Shown in pieces: positions 29,555-39,882 of a stretch of DNA of 64,000 bases (position 1 is the first letter of the stretch; the number at the start of each line of letters is the position of its first letter). The stretch comes from Promethearchaeota archaeon (lineage in GTDB: Archaea; Asgardarchaeota; Lokiarchaeia; Sigyniarchaeales; SOKP01), in the NCBI GenBank assembly GCA_019058445.1, contig JAHPZA010000009.1, forward strand, positions 64,001 through 128,000, written 5' to 3'. The notes under the pieces were generated by a model. That model saw nothing but the letters and a program-made list of their open reading frames with translations, did not search any database and was not told the origin of the DNA. A program made the translations under genes and the position numbers.

Positions 29555-31408
29555 ATGGGAGAAAGTTTAATAAAAGAGAAAGCAAGTAAAAAAGAAATAA
29601 TATCTAAAGAAGCAAAATTAATCAATTTAGCTGAAATTGCTTGGGGAAAGACTTTACAAGAATTTTATTATCCCCCTCTTGAGCTGCCCAATTTTGTGTT
29701 TGATTATACCCATAAAGAAGGTTTTTACATTGATCCGGATCGTAAGTGGCAAATTACCATGAATTTAGCAAATACGCCACTTTTTAGAGACGAGGAAGAT
29801 TATATTAAATATTTTCATGCGATTTCTATGCATGAAGTATCTCACTATGAGATCATTCCGTATGACGGATTAATTCACGCTAAATTGCTTAAAGCTGCAA
29901 TGAAACATGTTAATTCTAATTTTGCACCAATAGTTGTAAATATCTTTGCTGATTTGATAATTGATACGTTGTTATTTAAAAAATATCCTGAATTAATGCT
30001 TTGGGAATTGAGAAAGGGATATGAACATATCACTGAAAGATATAAGGATAAATTAAGTGATTTTTCAAAATTTCTTTTTAGATCTTATGAAAAAATGTGG
30101 AACGAGCACTTAATTAACAAAAATTTAAGTTCAAAAGTTAGTAAAGTTAAAGAAATTATTACAAATTCAATGTCTGCTAAAGAAAAGTCAGATGTATTAA
30201 GAGATAACTCTATTTCTGAAAAGGAGTTGCACCAAATTGAAATTTATAATTCTCTTTCAAAAGTAGATAATTTGGCAAATAAAGTGACTAAGGAAATCTT
30301 AAAGAATTTTGAGGATGAAACAACATGGGAAAAAAAAGTGGCAAACATTTCAAGAATGTTAAAGAATATGATTAATGATACATTCACTTTAGTTGGCAGA
30401 TATGTTAAAGTCGAGGAAGGAAAAGAAAGAAGAAAAGCTCCAGGAAAAGGAGGAGGAAGTATAGATATTCCCGAAGATATCATCGAAATAATGGATAATC
30501 CTCTTGAAAATAAAAATCGTGATAAATTAAAGCAAGATAATGAAGATGAGTTAAGGCAAAAGAGCGAGGAGTTTGCAAAAGAGACCCCTTATTCTGAATT
30601 TGGATCTCCAGCAGATCAAGCAGGGATCTTAATAGATGGGAGCCCTTTAGCTACTTGGTATCGGGGATTAGCCAAAAATCTTATTGAAATCAAAATTTAT
30701 GAAGAAAAATCTGGTGGGCAATTACCTATATATCCAGATATCTGGAGGATTGGTGATCCTATAGAAGATTTGGATGTGGTTCAAACTCTTTTAAATAGCC
30801 CTGTTATAATTCCAAATATAACTACGCGTAAATGGATCTTTAAGGAAGGTCCCGGACATATGATTGAAAAACAAATCCCCGATTTATTAATTGTACTTGA
30901 TTCCTCCGGCTCAATGATGTGGAACTATACAGCTAAAACTGACGCGGGAAGAGGTCCTTATCACACAGCTTTAGTTGCTTCATTTGCAGCGTTACATTAC
31001 GCAGCAAGTAAAGGTGTAAAATTTAGTATAATAAATTTTTCAGGTCGGCCGGATACATGCCAATGGACCTCAGATTATCATATAGCAGAGCAAACACTTT
31101 TAAGATACCAAGGAAGTGGAACAGTTTTACCCATAAAAACTATAGCGACTCAATGTGAAAAAGCAGAAGGAAAGGTATTAGTTTTCATAATAACTGATTT
31201 TGGGATTCATAATTGGGGTAAAGCCAAAAAAATTATGATTGAATTATCAAAAAGAGGTCATAAAATTGTTGGATTTTTTATTGGTGCTACATCTATTCCC
31301 AAAGCTCAATTTAAAGCCTTGCTAGATAAGGTCACATTTTATCCTATAAAAAATTCCAGAGATCTCATTAATCTAGTGATAGAGGAAGTCAAAAAGTACT
31401 ATTTTTAA
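29555..31408 (+). CDS. vWA-domain protein with N-terminal HExxH metallopeptidase-like domain (MoxR partner)
   Basis: MHEVSH; MIDAS DSSGS, G.GT, ITD. Confidence 0.88.
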   Translation: MGESLIKEKASKKEIISKEAKLINLAEIAWGKTLQEFYYPPLELPNFVFDYTHKEGFYIDPDRKWQITMNLANTPLFRDEEDYIKYFHAISMHEVSHYEIIPYDGLIHAKLLKAAMKHVNSNFAPIVVNIFADLIIDTLLFKKYPELMLWELRKGYEHITERYKDKLSDFSKFLFRSYEKMWNEHLINKNLSSKVSKVKEIITNSMSAKEKSDVLRDNSISEKELHQIEIYNSLSKVDNLANKVTKEILKNFEDETTWEKKVANISRMLKNMINDTFTLVGRYVKVEEGKERRKAPGKGGGSIDIPEDIIEIMDNPLENKNRDKLKQDNEDELRQKSEEFAKETPYSEFGSPADQAGILIDGSPLATWYRGLAKNLIEIKIYEEKSGGQLPIYPDIWRIGDPIEDLDVVQTLLNSPVIIPNITTRKWIFKEGPGHMIEKQIPDLLIVLDSSGSMMWNYTAKTDAGRGPYHTALVASFAALHYAASKGVKFSIINFSGRPDTCQWTSDYHIAEQTLLRYQGSGTVLPIKTIATQCEKAEGKVLVFIITDFGIHNWGKAKKIMIELSKRGHKIVGFFIGATSIPKAQFKALLDKVTFYPIKNSRDLINLVIEEVKKYYF

Positions 31409-31492
31409 TAGAATTAACAATATTACAAAAAATTTTGTTCTTAATCAAATCAAAAAACATATATAGTTCAAACTTATGTCTTAATTAATTCT

Positions 31493-32629
31493 ATGTCAAT
31501 CAAAATTTTATTGCTAGAACGTTCCGCCTACCAAAGAATATTATTTTCAAATATGCTCTCGTCGCATAAGAGTATTAATACTGTAATTGTGGCGAGAAAT
31601 GCAAAAGACGCATTTGAACGCATCATTCGAGATAAACCTGATGTTTGGATTATTGATATAGGACTTACTGAATTAAATGATCTAAAGATCATTCAAACTC
31701 TAATTAAAAAGTTCTCTATTCCTACAATTTTTTTAATTCCTACTCATTTAAAAACAGAAGAACCGCCACTTAAAGCACTAATTTCAATTGCTTTTGATTT
31801 TATTATTAAACCTAGTGGGATTTGGAAAGACGAAATCCCAAAGATTAAAGATGAATTAATATCTAAAACATTATTAGCTTCTAAGTCTAATAGAGAGAAA
31901 CCAGCCGATGCAGTTAAAATAAGTAATGAAATACTAGCTGAGCATATTCATAATATTTCATCTAAAGAAAAAGAGAAATTAGAGGGGGGAGAGCAGTTAA
32001 GACATGAGGAATTTTTCTTTGATAGAAGTCCAGCAAATCTCAAAAGTTTAGAGACCAATGTAATTGTAATGGGTGCCAGTGTTGGAGGTCCAAGGACGAT
32101 AAAAGCAATAATTGAAAAAATTCCTGAAGATTTTCCAAGTCCAATACTCATTGTCCAACATATGAATCATTTTTTTATGAGACAGTTTGCCGTAAACTTA
32201 CGAGATAGGAGTGCTCTAAAAATAAAAATAGGAAAAAATGGTGAATTTATAGAACCGGGAATCATCTATCTTGCTCAAGGAGATAAACACATGCAAATTA
32301 TTGGGAAAGCTGGAAAACCATGTATAAGAATTTTTGATGGTGAACCCGTAAATTTCTGTAGACCTTCTGTAGATGTATTGTTTTATTCAGCTGCTCGTGT
32401 ATATAAAGATAAAACTATTGGGATTTTATTAACAGGAATGGGAAATGATGGAGTTGCGGGGCTTAAATCTATTAAACAAATGGGGGGCAAAACAATTTCT
32501 GAATCAGTTGAGACTGCAGTTCTCTATGGAATGCCAAAGGTAGCTGCCGAAAGTGGGGTATCTGATTTTATTGTGCCAAATTATTTAATTTCAAATTATA
32601 TGGTCAAATTTGCTAAGAAACTCACTTGA
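31493..32629 (+). CDS. cheB: CheB protein-glutamate methylesterase with atypical receiver domain
   Basis: GASVGGP (Ser), QHM (His), RPSVDVLF, LTGMGNDG (Asp), YGMP. Confidence 0.93.
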   Translation: MSIKILLLERSAYQRILFSNMLSSHKSINTVIVARNAKDAFERIIRDKPDVWIIDIGLTELNDLKIIQTLIKKFSIPTIFLIPTHLKTEEPPLKALISIAFDFIIKPSGIWKDEIPKIKDELISKTLLASKSNREKPADAVKISNEILAEHIHNISSKEKEKLEGGEQLRHEEFFFDRSPANLKSLETNVIVMGASVGGPRTIKAIIEKIPEDFPSPILIVQHMNHFFMRQFAVNLRDRSALKIKIGKNGEFIEPGIIYLAQGDKHMQIIGKAGKPCIRIFDGEPVNFCRPSVDVLFYSAARVYKDKTIGILLTGMGNDGVAGLKSIKQMGGKTISESVETAVLYGMPKVAAESGVSDFIVPNYLISNYMVKFAKKLT

Positions 32630-32855
32630 AATAAAGCTTATCTAATCTGAAATTATACACATATAAAGTCCATTAATGAGTTGAGGGCTTAAAATTTTCA
32701 ATATAAAAAATTACCTATAATTTAAAATTCGATTTAAGCAGACAAAATTTTTACTTTATAAAAAAAACTTTTAAAAACTCTCCAATAAGTCTATACTTAA
32801 GATTTAATCATTTATAGTGAAATCTAAAAATTAAATAATTTAGTGTGATAAAAAA

Positions 32856-33446
32856 ATGAAAGAAACTCCAAAAAAATTATATACCGCCTATGTAGGTGAA
32901 TCGCAAGCCAGAAATCGTTATACATTCTGGGCTAAAATTGCAAAAAAAGAAGGATACGTCTTAGTAAACAAAATCTTTTTAGAAACAGCTGATCAAGAAC
33001 AACAACACGGAAGTTGGTTTTACAAAATGCTCCAAGACTTCAAAAAAGAAGAACCATTCGATGAGATGCACGTTCTGCCAGATGCAATGTTCCCTACAAC
33101 TTATGGGAATACCCTTGAAAATTTAAAATCGGCTATGGCAGGAGAAGATATGGAATGGCAAACTCTTTATCCTGATATTGCTGAGACAGCGGAGAAAGAA
33201 GGATATCCTGCTATCGCAGCCCGTGTTCGTGCGATTATAAAAGCAGAAAAGCATCATTCTGAGAGGTATGGAAAACTCATAAAATTAGTAGGGGACGATG
33301 CTTTCTTTAAACGCGGAGAGAAGATCGTATGGATCTGCATGGAATGCGGGTATGAAGTAGAAATGGACAGTTTACCTGATAACTGGAAATGTCCCTCGTG
33401 TGATCATTCACGTGATTATTTCAGAAAAAAATGCGAAGATTTCTAA
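32856..33446 (+). CDS. rbr: rubrerythrin
   Basis: GESQARNRY, ETADQEQQH, AEKHH, CMECG...CPSC. Confidence 0.95.
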   Translation: MKETPKKLYTAYVGESQARNRYTFWAKIAKKEGYVLVNKIFLETADQEQQHGSWFYKMLQDFKKEEPFDEMHVLPDAMFPTTYGNTLENLKSAMAGEDMEWQTLYPDIAETAEKEGYPAIAARVRAIIKAEKHHSERYGKLIKLVGDDAFFKRGEKIVWICMECGYEVEMDSLPDNWKCPSCDHSRDYFRKKCEDF

Positions 33447-33555
33447 ATAGCAATGAAACTTTAAAATTATAAAAATAACTATTAAATACGAGAGAAATCA
33501 ATATAAATCCAAACAAAACGAAATTTTGTGATAACCAAAATAGAGTGAATATTTA

Positions 33556-33948
33556 ATGAAGCGTAAAGAGATTTATAAGTGTAATGTGTGCGGAAAGGTT
33601 ATTGAAATTCTCAACCCTGGAGTGCCTGAGACTATATGTTGTGGACAGCCAATGCAATTGATGGAAGAACAAACTGCTGAATGGAAAGGAGAAAAACATG
33701 TTCCGAAAATCACAATTGATGGTAATAAAGTCACTGTTGATGTTGGTATTTCAATGGGTACTCCACACCCAATGACTGATGAACATTGGATTATGTGGAT
33801 TGAGTTAATTTGCAAAGATGATTGCTATAAAAGAAAATTCTTGAATCCTGGTGATGAGCCAAAGGCAACCTTTGTTGTAGCAGATACATCTGGTCTTAAA
33901 GCCCGAGAATACTGTAATATACATTTTCTATGGGCGGGTACTGAATAG
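33556..33948 (+). CDS. dfx: desulfoferrodoxin (2Fe superoxide reductase)
   Basis: CNVCG...CCG; EKHVP, HPMTDEHWI, EYCNIH. Confidence 0.95.
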   Translation: MKRKEIYKCNVCGKVIEILNPGVPETICCGQPMQLMEEQTAEWKGEKHVPKITIDGNKVTVDVGISMGTPHPMTDEHWIMWIELICKDDCYKRKFLNPGDEPKATFVVADTSGLKAREYCNIHFLWAGTE

Positions 33949-34152
33949 GGGTCAATAACTACTGAAAAACAACAATTAGGTTTATCTGAATAATATAAAT
34001 TAGTCATTTATTTATAAAACCAAACAAATTCTTTTTTTATTTTTTCATTAATTTTCCTACTTTTTGATTTTAAATTATTAGTGTCGTCTATCTTTAATTT
34101 ATTATAAATTAAAACTACATTTTTTATGAAGAATTATTTTTAATTTATTAAT

Positions 34153-34626
34153 ATGAAAGAAATAGCAACTTTTGGTGCGGGATGTTTTTGGGGAGTAGAG
34201 TCTGCCTTTCGAAAAGTGAAGGGGGTCATCTCGACTAGAGTAGGATATACGGGAGGGCATTTTGAAAACCCTACATATGAAGATGTATGCTCCCATAAAA
34301 CAGGTCATGCTGAAGCTGTTGAAATTACCTATGATCCTTCAATTATATCTTATGAAGAATTATTAGATATATTTTGGAAAATCCATGACCCAACAACTTT
34401 AAATCGGCAGGGTTGGGATGTTGGAACCCAATATAGGTCAGCAATATTTTATCATAATGATGAGCAGAAAGTAGCAGCATTAGCATCAAAGGAAAAAATG
34501 GAAAAAAGTGGAATTCATAAAAGAGATATAATTACTGAAATCATACCCACTACAACATTTTACCAAGCGGAAGAATATCATCAGCAATATAACGAGAAAA
34601 ATAAGCATAGGTATCTTTTTATTTAA
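34153..34626 (+). CDS. msrA: peptide-methionine (S)-S-oxide reductase
   Basis: [27 protein letters not shown]. Confidence 0.96.
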   Translation: MKEIATFGAGCFWGVESAFRKVKGVISTRVGYTGGHFENPTYEDVCSHKTGHAEAVEITYDPSIISYEELLDIFWKIHDPTTLNRQGWDVGTQYRSAIFYHNDEQKVAALASKEKMEKSGIHKRDIITEIIPTTTFYQAEEYHQQYNEKNKHRYLFI

Positions 34627-34716
34627 TCTTTATAGATTAAAAGATTAAAATTTTAAAGGGTATAATGTATTATTTTAAGTATTCTACTAAAACTAGCTTA
34701 ATTCACTTTTTGAAAT

Positions 34717-36072
34717 ATGTCAGCATATTTGCAGATCATAGTGATTGCTTGTTTTGCGATGGTAATCGTTGCTCTCTTTCGTGAAAAAACGGATTTTTTA
34801 ACGTATAGCATAGCTGCAATGTTCATAGCAGTTATAGCAACTTTTTACTTTTTACCAGCCGTAATAACTGTAGATGGTTTGATTTTAGCAATTGAATGGG
34901 AAGTCATATTCTTTTTAATAGCAATTTTCACTATAGTTGAAGTTTTGGATGACAAACGAATTTTTCAAGAATTAGCTCTCAGAATTACCCGAAAATTTGA
35001 AACTAATACCAGAAAGTTTTTCTGGGTTATGTGTTTAACTTCAACCTTGAGTGCGGCTTTTATAGAAGATGTTTCAGTGGCTATAATATTTATACCCTTA
35101 ATTATTAAAACTTCCGAGAAATTGCATATAAATCCTACTCCCTTTCTTTTAGGTGTAACAATATGCATCAACTTAGCAGCTACATTGACCCCTTTTGGCT
35201 CATCACAAAACATATTGATTGCGGCAAAATTTGATCTCTCAACCACATGGTTTATCCTTAATTTAGGATTATATTTCATAATTTCAACATTATTTACATT
35301 AATTCTTTTAGACCACTTCATTTTGAAGAATTCATTAAAACAAATTTGGCTTCCTCATTGTACTATCAATGAAGAACCTTTTGAAGCACATCATATTCAA
35401 AGCCATGAGTTATACATAATGGAAAAACCAATAGATAAAAAGGTTTTCAATAAAAACATGATAGCACTATTAATCTTTATAGCGTTATTGTTTATCATTC
35501 CCAACATACTATTTGTAGGAATTTTAGGTGCATTAATGTTTGTGATAATTAATCCGAGACCTTATGGCAAAAATAAACGTCCTGATATTTCTTATTACTT
35601 CTCCAAAATTGATTATAAATTAGTTTTTTTCTTCATGTGTCTCTTCATTTTAGTTTATTGTATGGAACTTAATGGAACAATTTTGATAATCGAACACCTC
35701 GTAATGGATTTAGCAATTGAGAATTTATTTTTATTGTGTATAGTAATTTTAATTATGACCTCCCTGCTTTCTGCTTTATTAGATAATGTGCCAGTAACCG
35801 TAATTTTCATACCTGTTATTCAAGTCCTTGTAATTCAAGCAGGCTTTGCTGCTACTCCATTGCTTATAGCATTTATATTAGGCATAAATGTAGGAGGAAA
35901 TCTTCTCCCACAAGGTAGTGCATGTGATATGTTGACGTTAGAATTTGCTAAAAAAAGCCATATTCATGAAATGAATTATAATAAACTCTTAAAAGTAGGT
36001 GGCATCTTTGCGATATTTCATACATTAATAGGAATCGCATATTTATGGTTTTATATTTATTTTTTACTTTAA
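34717..36072 (+). CDS. ArsB/NhaD (IT superfamily, CitMHS/SLC13-like) anion permease
   Basis: LSAAFIED, TPFGSSQN, LSALLDNVP, NVGGNLLPQGS. Confidence 0.85.
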   Translation: MSAYLQIIVIACFAMVIVALFREKTDFLTYSIAAMFIAVIATFYFLPAVITVDGLILAIEWEVIFFLIAIFTIVEVLDDKRIFQELALRITRKFETNTRKFFWVMCLTSTLSAAFIEDVSVAIIFIPLIIKTSEKLHINPTPFLLGVTICINLAATLTPFGSSQNILIAAKFDLSTTWFILNLGLYFIISTLFTLILLDHFILKNSLKQIWLPHCTINEEPFEAHHIQSHELYIMEKPIDKKVFNKNMIALLIFIALLFIIPNILFVGILGALMFVIINPRPYGKNKRPDISYYFSKIDYKLVFFFMCLFILVYCMELNGTILIIEHLVMDLAIENLFLLCIVILIMTSLLSALLDNVPVTVIFIPVIQVLVIQAGFAATPLLIAFILGINVGGNLLPQGSACDMLTLEFAKKSHIHEMNYNKLLKVGGIFAIFHTLIGIAYLWFYIYFLL

Positions 36073-36087
36073 AGAATCGAATTAGAA

Positions 36088-36636
36088 ATGAATGAAAACA
36101 AAGCAATATTTTTAGACAGAGATGGAACATTAAATAAAGATTCTGGATATGTCCATAAAACTGAGGATTTCGAACTTTTGCCTGGAGTTATAGAGGGGCT
36201 CAAATTACTCCAAGATGAGTTTATATTTATAATAATTACTAACCAATCTGGAATTGGACGCGGTTATTATACAATCGATGATTTCCTAGTGTTTAACAGT
36301 TTACTCGTTACAACCCTAGCAAAAGAAGGAATTGAAATTAAAACTACATATTTTTGCCCTCACCTTAAAGAAGATGGATGTGATTGTAGGAAACCAAATA
36401 CGAAATATATTAAGCAAGCAGTCTCAGAATTTAATATTGACATAAAAAAATCTTGGATGATGGGAGACCACCCCTCTGATGTCAATCTTGGAACAAATGC
36501 GGGGTGCAATACTGTTTTTATGCTAACTGGGCATGGTATGGAACATTATCATGAGATTGAAGAGGGAAAGTTTAAACCTACCTTAATAGCTGAAGATTTT
36601 CTCACAGCAGCAAAAAAGATAAAAGAATTTATTTAA
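36088..36636 (+). CDS. gmhB: HAD-IIIA phosphatase, GmhB/HisB-N type
   Basis: FLDRDGTL, TNQSG, CPH...CDCRKP, GD..SD. Confidence 0.85.
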   Translation: MNENKAIFLDRDGTLNKDSGYVHKTEDFELLPGVIEGLKLLQDEFIFIIITNQSGIGRGYYTIDDFLVFNSLLVTTLAKEGIEIKTTYFCPHLKEDGCDCRKPNTKYIKQAVSEFNIDIKKSWMMGDHPSDVNLGTNAGCNTVFMLTGHGMEHYHEIEEGKFKPTLIAEDFLTAAKKIKEFI

Positions 36637-36763
36637 GAGAGATTTTCCTCATTATTTTGAAATATAAATATTTACTTATCAAAAATTAAGAGTTTAATAT
36701 ATATAGCTTAATTAACTCTAATCATTAAGAGTATTATATAAAGGATTAAGAGAGGTATTTTCA

Positions 36764-37225
36764 CTGTCATATTTTCAGAAAATAAACAACGCAGAGCTAT
36801 GGAAAAAAATCCAAAAACTCAGAGAATACATCAAGATTTTAAATGAGCATAAACAATTCAAACAAAGAACTTGTTGGGCATGTAATAAGAGTCTAAATAT
36901 ATTCGATTTCCTTTCTGATAATTTAGAGTTTACTCCGGAATACATATTAAAATTATGGCAAACTCCTATTATAGAGTTACACTGCTGCGAATGTTTTAAG
37001 AATCTGAAATTACACGAGCTCTCATTAATTAAAAATATGGGTTTGGAGACTCGAAATTGTCATAACTGTGGAAGTTCTATGGATATTTATAGATTCTCTA
37101 AGATTTACAATTTCCTTAAAATAAAGGAGCTAAAAGAGATATGGTTAAATGAAAATGCTCTAATATTCTGTAGCGGATATTGTGAAAAGTATTATTATAA
37201 AATAAAAAAAAGAAAAAAAAATTAG
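36764..37225 (+). CDS. 153-aa tandem double Zn-finger protein, probable CTG start (track calls only the last 62 aa)
   Basis: Frame open from stop at 36719; repeat 1 RTCWAC...LKLW...LHCCECF, repeat 2 RNCHNC...KEIW...IFCSGYC; SD GAGGTATT+4 nt+CTG. Confidence 0.85.
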   Translation: MSYFQKINNAELWKKIQKLREYIKILNEHKQFKQRTCWACNKSLNIFDFLSDNLEFTPEYILKLWQTPIIELHCCECFKNLKLHELSLIKNMGLETRNCHNCGSSMDIYRFSKIYNFLKIKELKEIWLNENALIFCSGYCEKYYYKIKKRKKN

Positions 37226-37233
37226 AGGATTAT

Positions 37234-38421
37234 TTACTCGGATTTTCTAACTTTGCCTAATTTTGGCATTGCGTGTTCATAGCGATTCATAACGAATCTT
37301 GAGATGACAATTCTTTGTATTTCAGAAGTTCCCTCATAGATTTGATATAACTTTGCATCTCTGAATAATTTTTCCACGGGGTATGTCCTAAGATATCCAT
37401 AACCCCCAAAAATTTGTACTGCTTCAGTTGTGACTTTCATTGCTACGTCAGAAGCAAACGCTTTCGCGATTGAGGAACTTAAATTATTATCTTTACCTTG
37501 ATCTGCCTCCCATGCTGCCTTATATGTTAAGAGTCGAGCAGCTTCAATGTCTTTATACATTTCAGCAATTTTAAATTGAATCGCTTGATAATGATCGATA
37601 GTTCGTCCAAAAACTTCTCTTTTTTGAGCATAATCAATGGAATATTCCATAGCTGAGCGAGCACACCCGACTGCGAAAGCTCCAATAGCAGGTCGAGTAT
37701 GAGCAAAAGTTTGCATTCCTAAAACAAATCCCCTTCCTGGTTTGGCTAGTACATTTTCTTTTCCGATCCGTACATCTTTTAAAACTACAGAAACGGTATT
37801 TGATGATCTTTGACCTAATTTGGGAATATGTTTTCCTAATTTGACTCCTTCAGTGTCAGTGGGGACAATAAACGTTGCAATACCTTTATGTTTTTTTTCG
37901 GGATCTATTGTAGCGAAAACAGTTACATAATCAGCATACCCGCCATTTGTTATCCAAAATTTTGAGCCATTTAAAATATAATCATCACCATCTGGCTCAG
38001 CCCTACATTTTATACCAGCAACATCAGAACCCATGGTAGGCTCAGAGGTTGCGAAAGCGATTAGTTTAAAGTTTTTTGCAATATCTGTTAAGACCCTTTC
38101 TTTTTGCTCTTCACTTCCCCCTATAATAATAGGTTCTGCTCCTAAGTTATTATCAAACACAGATGTAGCAATTCCAGGACAAGCAGAGGATATTTCTTCT
38201 ACTACAATGCATGAATCTAATAAGCCACGCCCGGCTCCACCATACTTTTTTGGAATGCCTAAATTTAATAAGCCTTCATTATAAGCTGCTTTAATAACAT
38301 CTATTGGGAATTCTTCTTCCTCATCATACTTTCTTGCTACAGGCAATACTTCTCTAATGGCAAATTCTCTTGCTTTTTTTTGCAAGGCTAATTGATCTTC
38401 CGTTAAACTAAAGTCAATCAT
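37234..38421 (-). CDS. acyl-CoA dehydrogenase
   Basis: SEPTMGSD, NGSKFWITNG, QIFGGYGY, IYEGTSEIQ. Confidence 0.96.
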   Translation of the reverse strand: MIDFSLTEDQLALQKKAREFAIREVLPVARKYDEEEEFPIDVIKAAYNEGLLNLGIPKKYGGAGRGLLDSCIVVEEISSACPGIATSVFDNNLGAEPIIIGGSEEQKERVLTDIAKNFKLIAFATSEPTMGSDVAGIKCRAEPDGDDYILNGSKFWITNGGYADYVTVFATIDPEKKHKGIATFIVPTDTEGVKLGKHIPKLGQRSSNTVSVVLKDVRIGKENVLAKPGRGFVLGMQTFAHTRPAIGAFAVGCARSAMEYSIDYAQKREVFGRTIDHYQAIQFKIAEMYKDIEAARLLTYKAAWEADQGKDNNLSSSIAKAFASDVAMKVTTEAVQIFGGYGYLRTYPVEKLFRDAKLYQIYEGTSEIQRIVISRFVMNRYEHAMPKLGKVRKSE

Positions 38422-38423
38422 AG

Positions 38424-39632
38424 TTAACTTCCCTCCATTTTTGCCATTAACTTGTCAACTACTTCCTTAAAATTCAAATCTTCTGGTCTAGGTACAAATT
38501 TTATTTCGATTGTTTCTATCACTTCTATTTTCGTTGCTTCCATTTGTTCGACAATTTCTTTTACAGCTCCTTTACTCCAGCCATAGCTTCCGAAAGCAAT
38601 TCCAATTTTATTTATTGGTTTAAGCCCTTTTTGATAACATACATACTCAGCGACTGAAGGAAACATTCCCAAATTCAATGTTGGACTTCCTATTAAAATA
38701 GCCTTGGCTTTCATTGCTTCCGTAATCACATCTGAATAATCAGCATGTGTCAATCTAAATCTTTTAACAAGAATCCCTCGACTTTTAATTTCCTTATAGA
38801 GTGCCTTAGCAATTTTTTCAGTACTATTCCACATTGTATCATATACAATTAAAACACTATTTTCTTCAATTTCACCACTGGACCATTTAACATACTTTTC
38901 TAAAATATCTGGTATATGTGATCTCCAACAAACTCCATGAGACGGACACATAATTTCAATTGGTAGAGGAGCGACTTTGGGAATCGTTTTTGCAATTAAA
39001 CCAGAGAGATGAAGTAAAATATTTGCATAGTATTTTTCAGCTTCTTGCATTATAACAGATAAATCATTTTCATCATCCCAGATCCTTGAAGTTGCTAAAT
39101 GTTGTCCAAACGCGTCATTAGAAAACAATATATTTTTGCCATTCTCATCAGTCATAAATGATACCATGGAATCCGACCAATGAATCATAGGAATTGGAAC
39201 AAATGTAAATATTTTACCATTACCAACATCTAAGGTGTCCCCTTCTTTCACAGCTCTAATTTGCTTGAATCTTCCGGCCTCAACCTCTTGGTGGTAATGT
39301 TGTTCCAAGATCTCAACACCTTTAGTTGATGCCACTATTTCAGCATTAGGGAGATATTTTTCTATCAATGGAAATGAACCAGAATGGTCAGGCTCTACGT
39401 GGTTTACGATAAAATATTTAATATCTTTTAGATCACATACAGATTTGATGTTTGCTAAATAATACTCGAAATAAGGGCGTTTAACCGTGTCTATTAATGT
39501 GTAAGCATCTCCACTTTTTACTAAGTAGGCATTATAGCTGCTTCCTCTATTAGTTGAGTAACCATGAAAATTACGCACTTCCCAATCTACATATCCAATA
39601 AAAAATACGTCTTTTAAAATCTCTTGCGCCAT
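38424..39632 (-). CDS. fprA: FprA A-type flavodiiron protein
   Basis: HVEPDHSG, HWSD, SNDAFGQH, PSHG; flavodoxin YDTMWNST, FGSYGW. Confidence 0.95.
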   Translation of the reverse strand: MAQEILKDVFFIGYVDWEVRNFHGYSTNRGSSYNAYLVKSGDAYTLIDTVKRPYFEYYLANIKSVCDLKDIKYFIVNHVEPDHSGSFPLIEKYLPNAEIVASTKGVEILEQHYHQEVEAGRFKQIRAVKEGDTLDVGNGKIFTFVPIPMIHWSDSMVSFMTDENGKNILFSNDAFGQHLATSRIWDDENDLSVIMQEAEKYYANILLHLSGLIAKTIPKVAPLPIEIMCPSHGVCWRSHIPDILEKYVKWSSGEIEENSVLIVYDTMWNSTEKIAKALYKEIKSRGILVKRFRLTHADYSDVITEAMKAKAILIGSPTLNLGMFPSVAEYVCYQKGLKPINKIGIAFGSYGWSKGAVKEIVEQMEATKIEVIETIEIKFVPRPEDLNFKEVVDKLMAKMEGS

Positions 39633-39882
39633 AATTTTTCACTTTTTTATTTAGGATTTTAATATCAATTTATAATACATTGGGAGTAATTATAAAGTTA
39701 TTTTCTATGAATTATAAAAATTTCTGGGGTATAGTATTAAAAAACGGGACTTTTCAACCTCACTGATTTTTAGTTTAAAAACTAAATAATTATTACTTCT
39801 TAATATTTGAGGTGATATTCTAAATTCTAAGTAATGAGAAAATAGATTTAAAATTCTATTCACACAGGTTCTAATTCACAGA

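Noticed and set aside
39809-39875. Perfect SD GAGGTGAT followed by ATT
   Set aside because: The ORF is only 16 codons; it shows SD+ATT can occur without a gene, so non-AUG starts were called only where the extension had protein-level support
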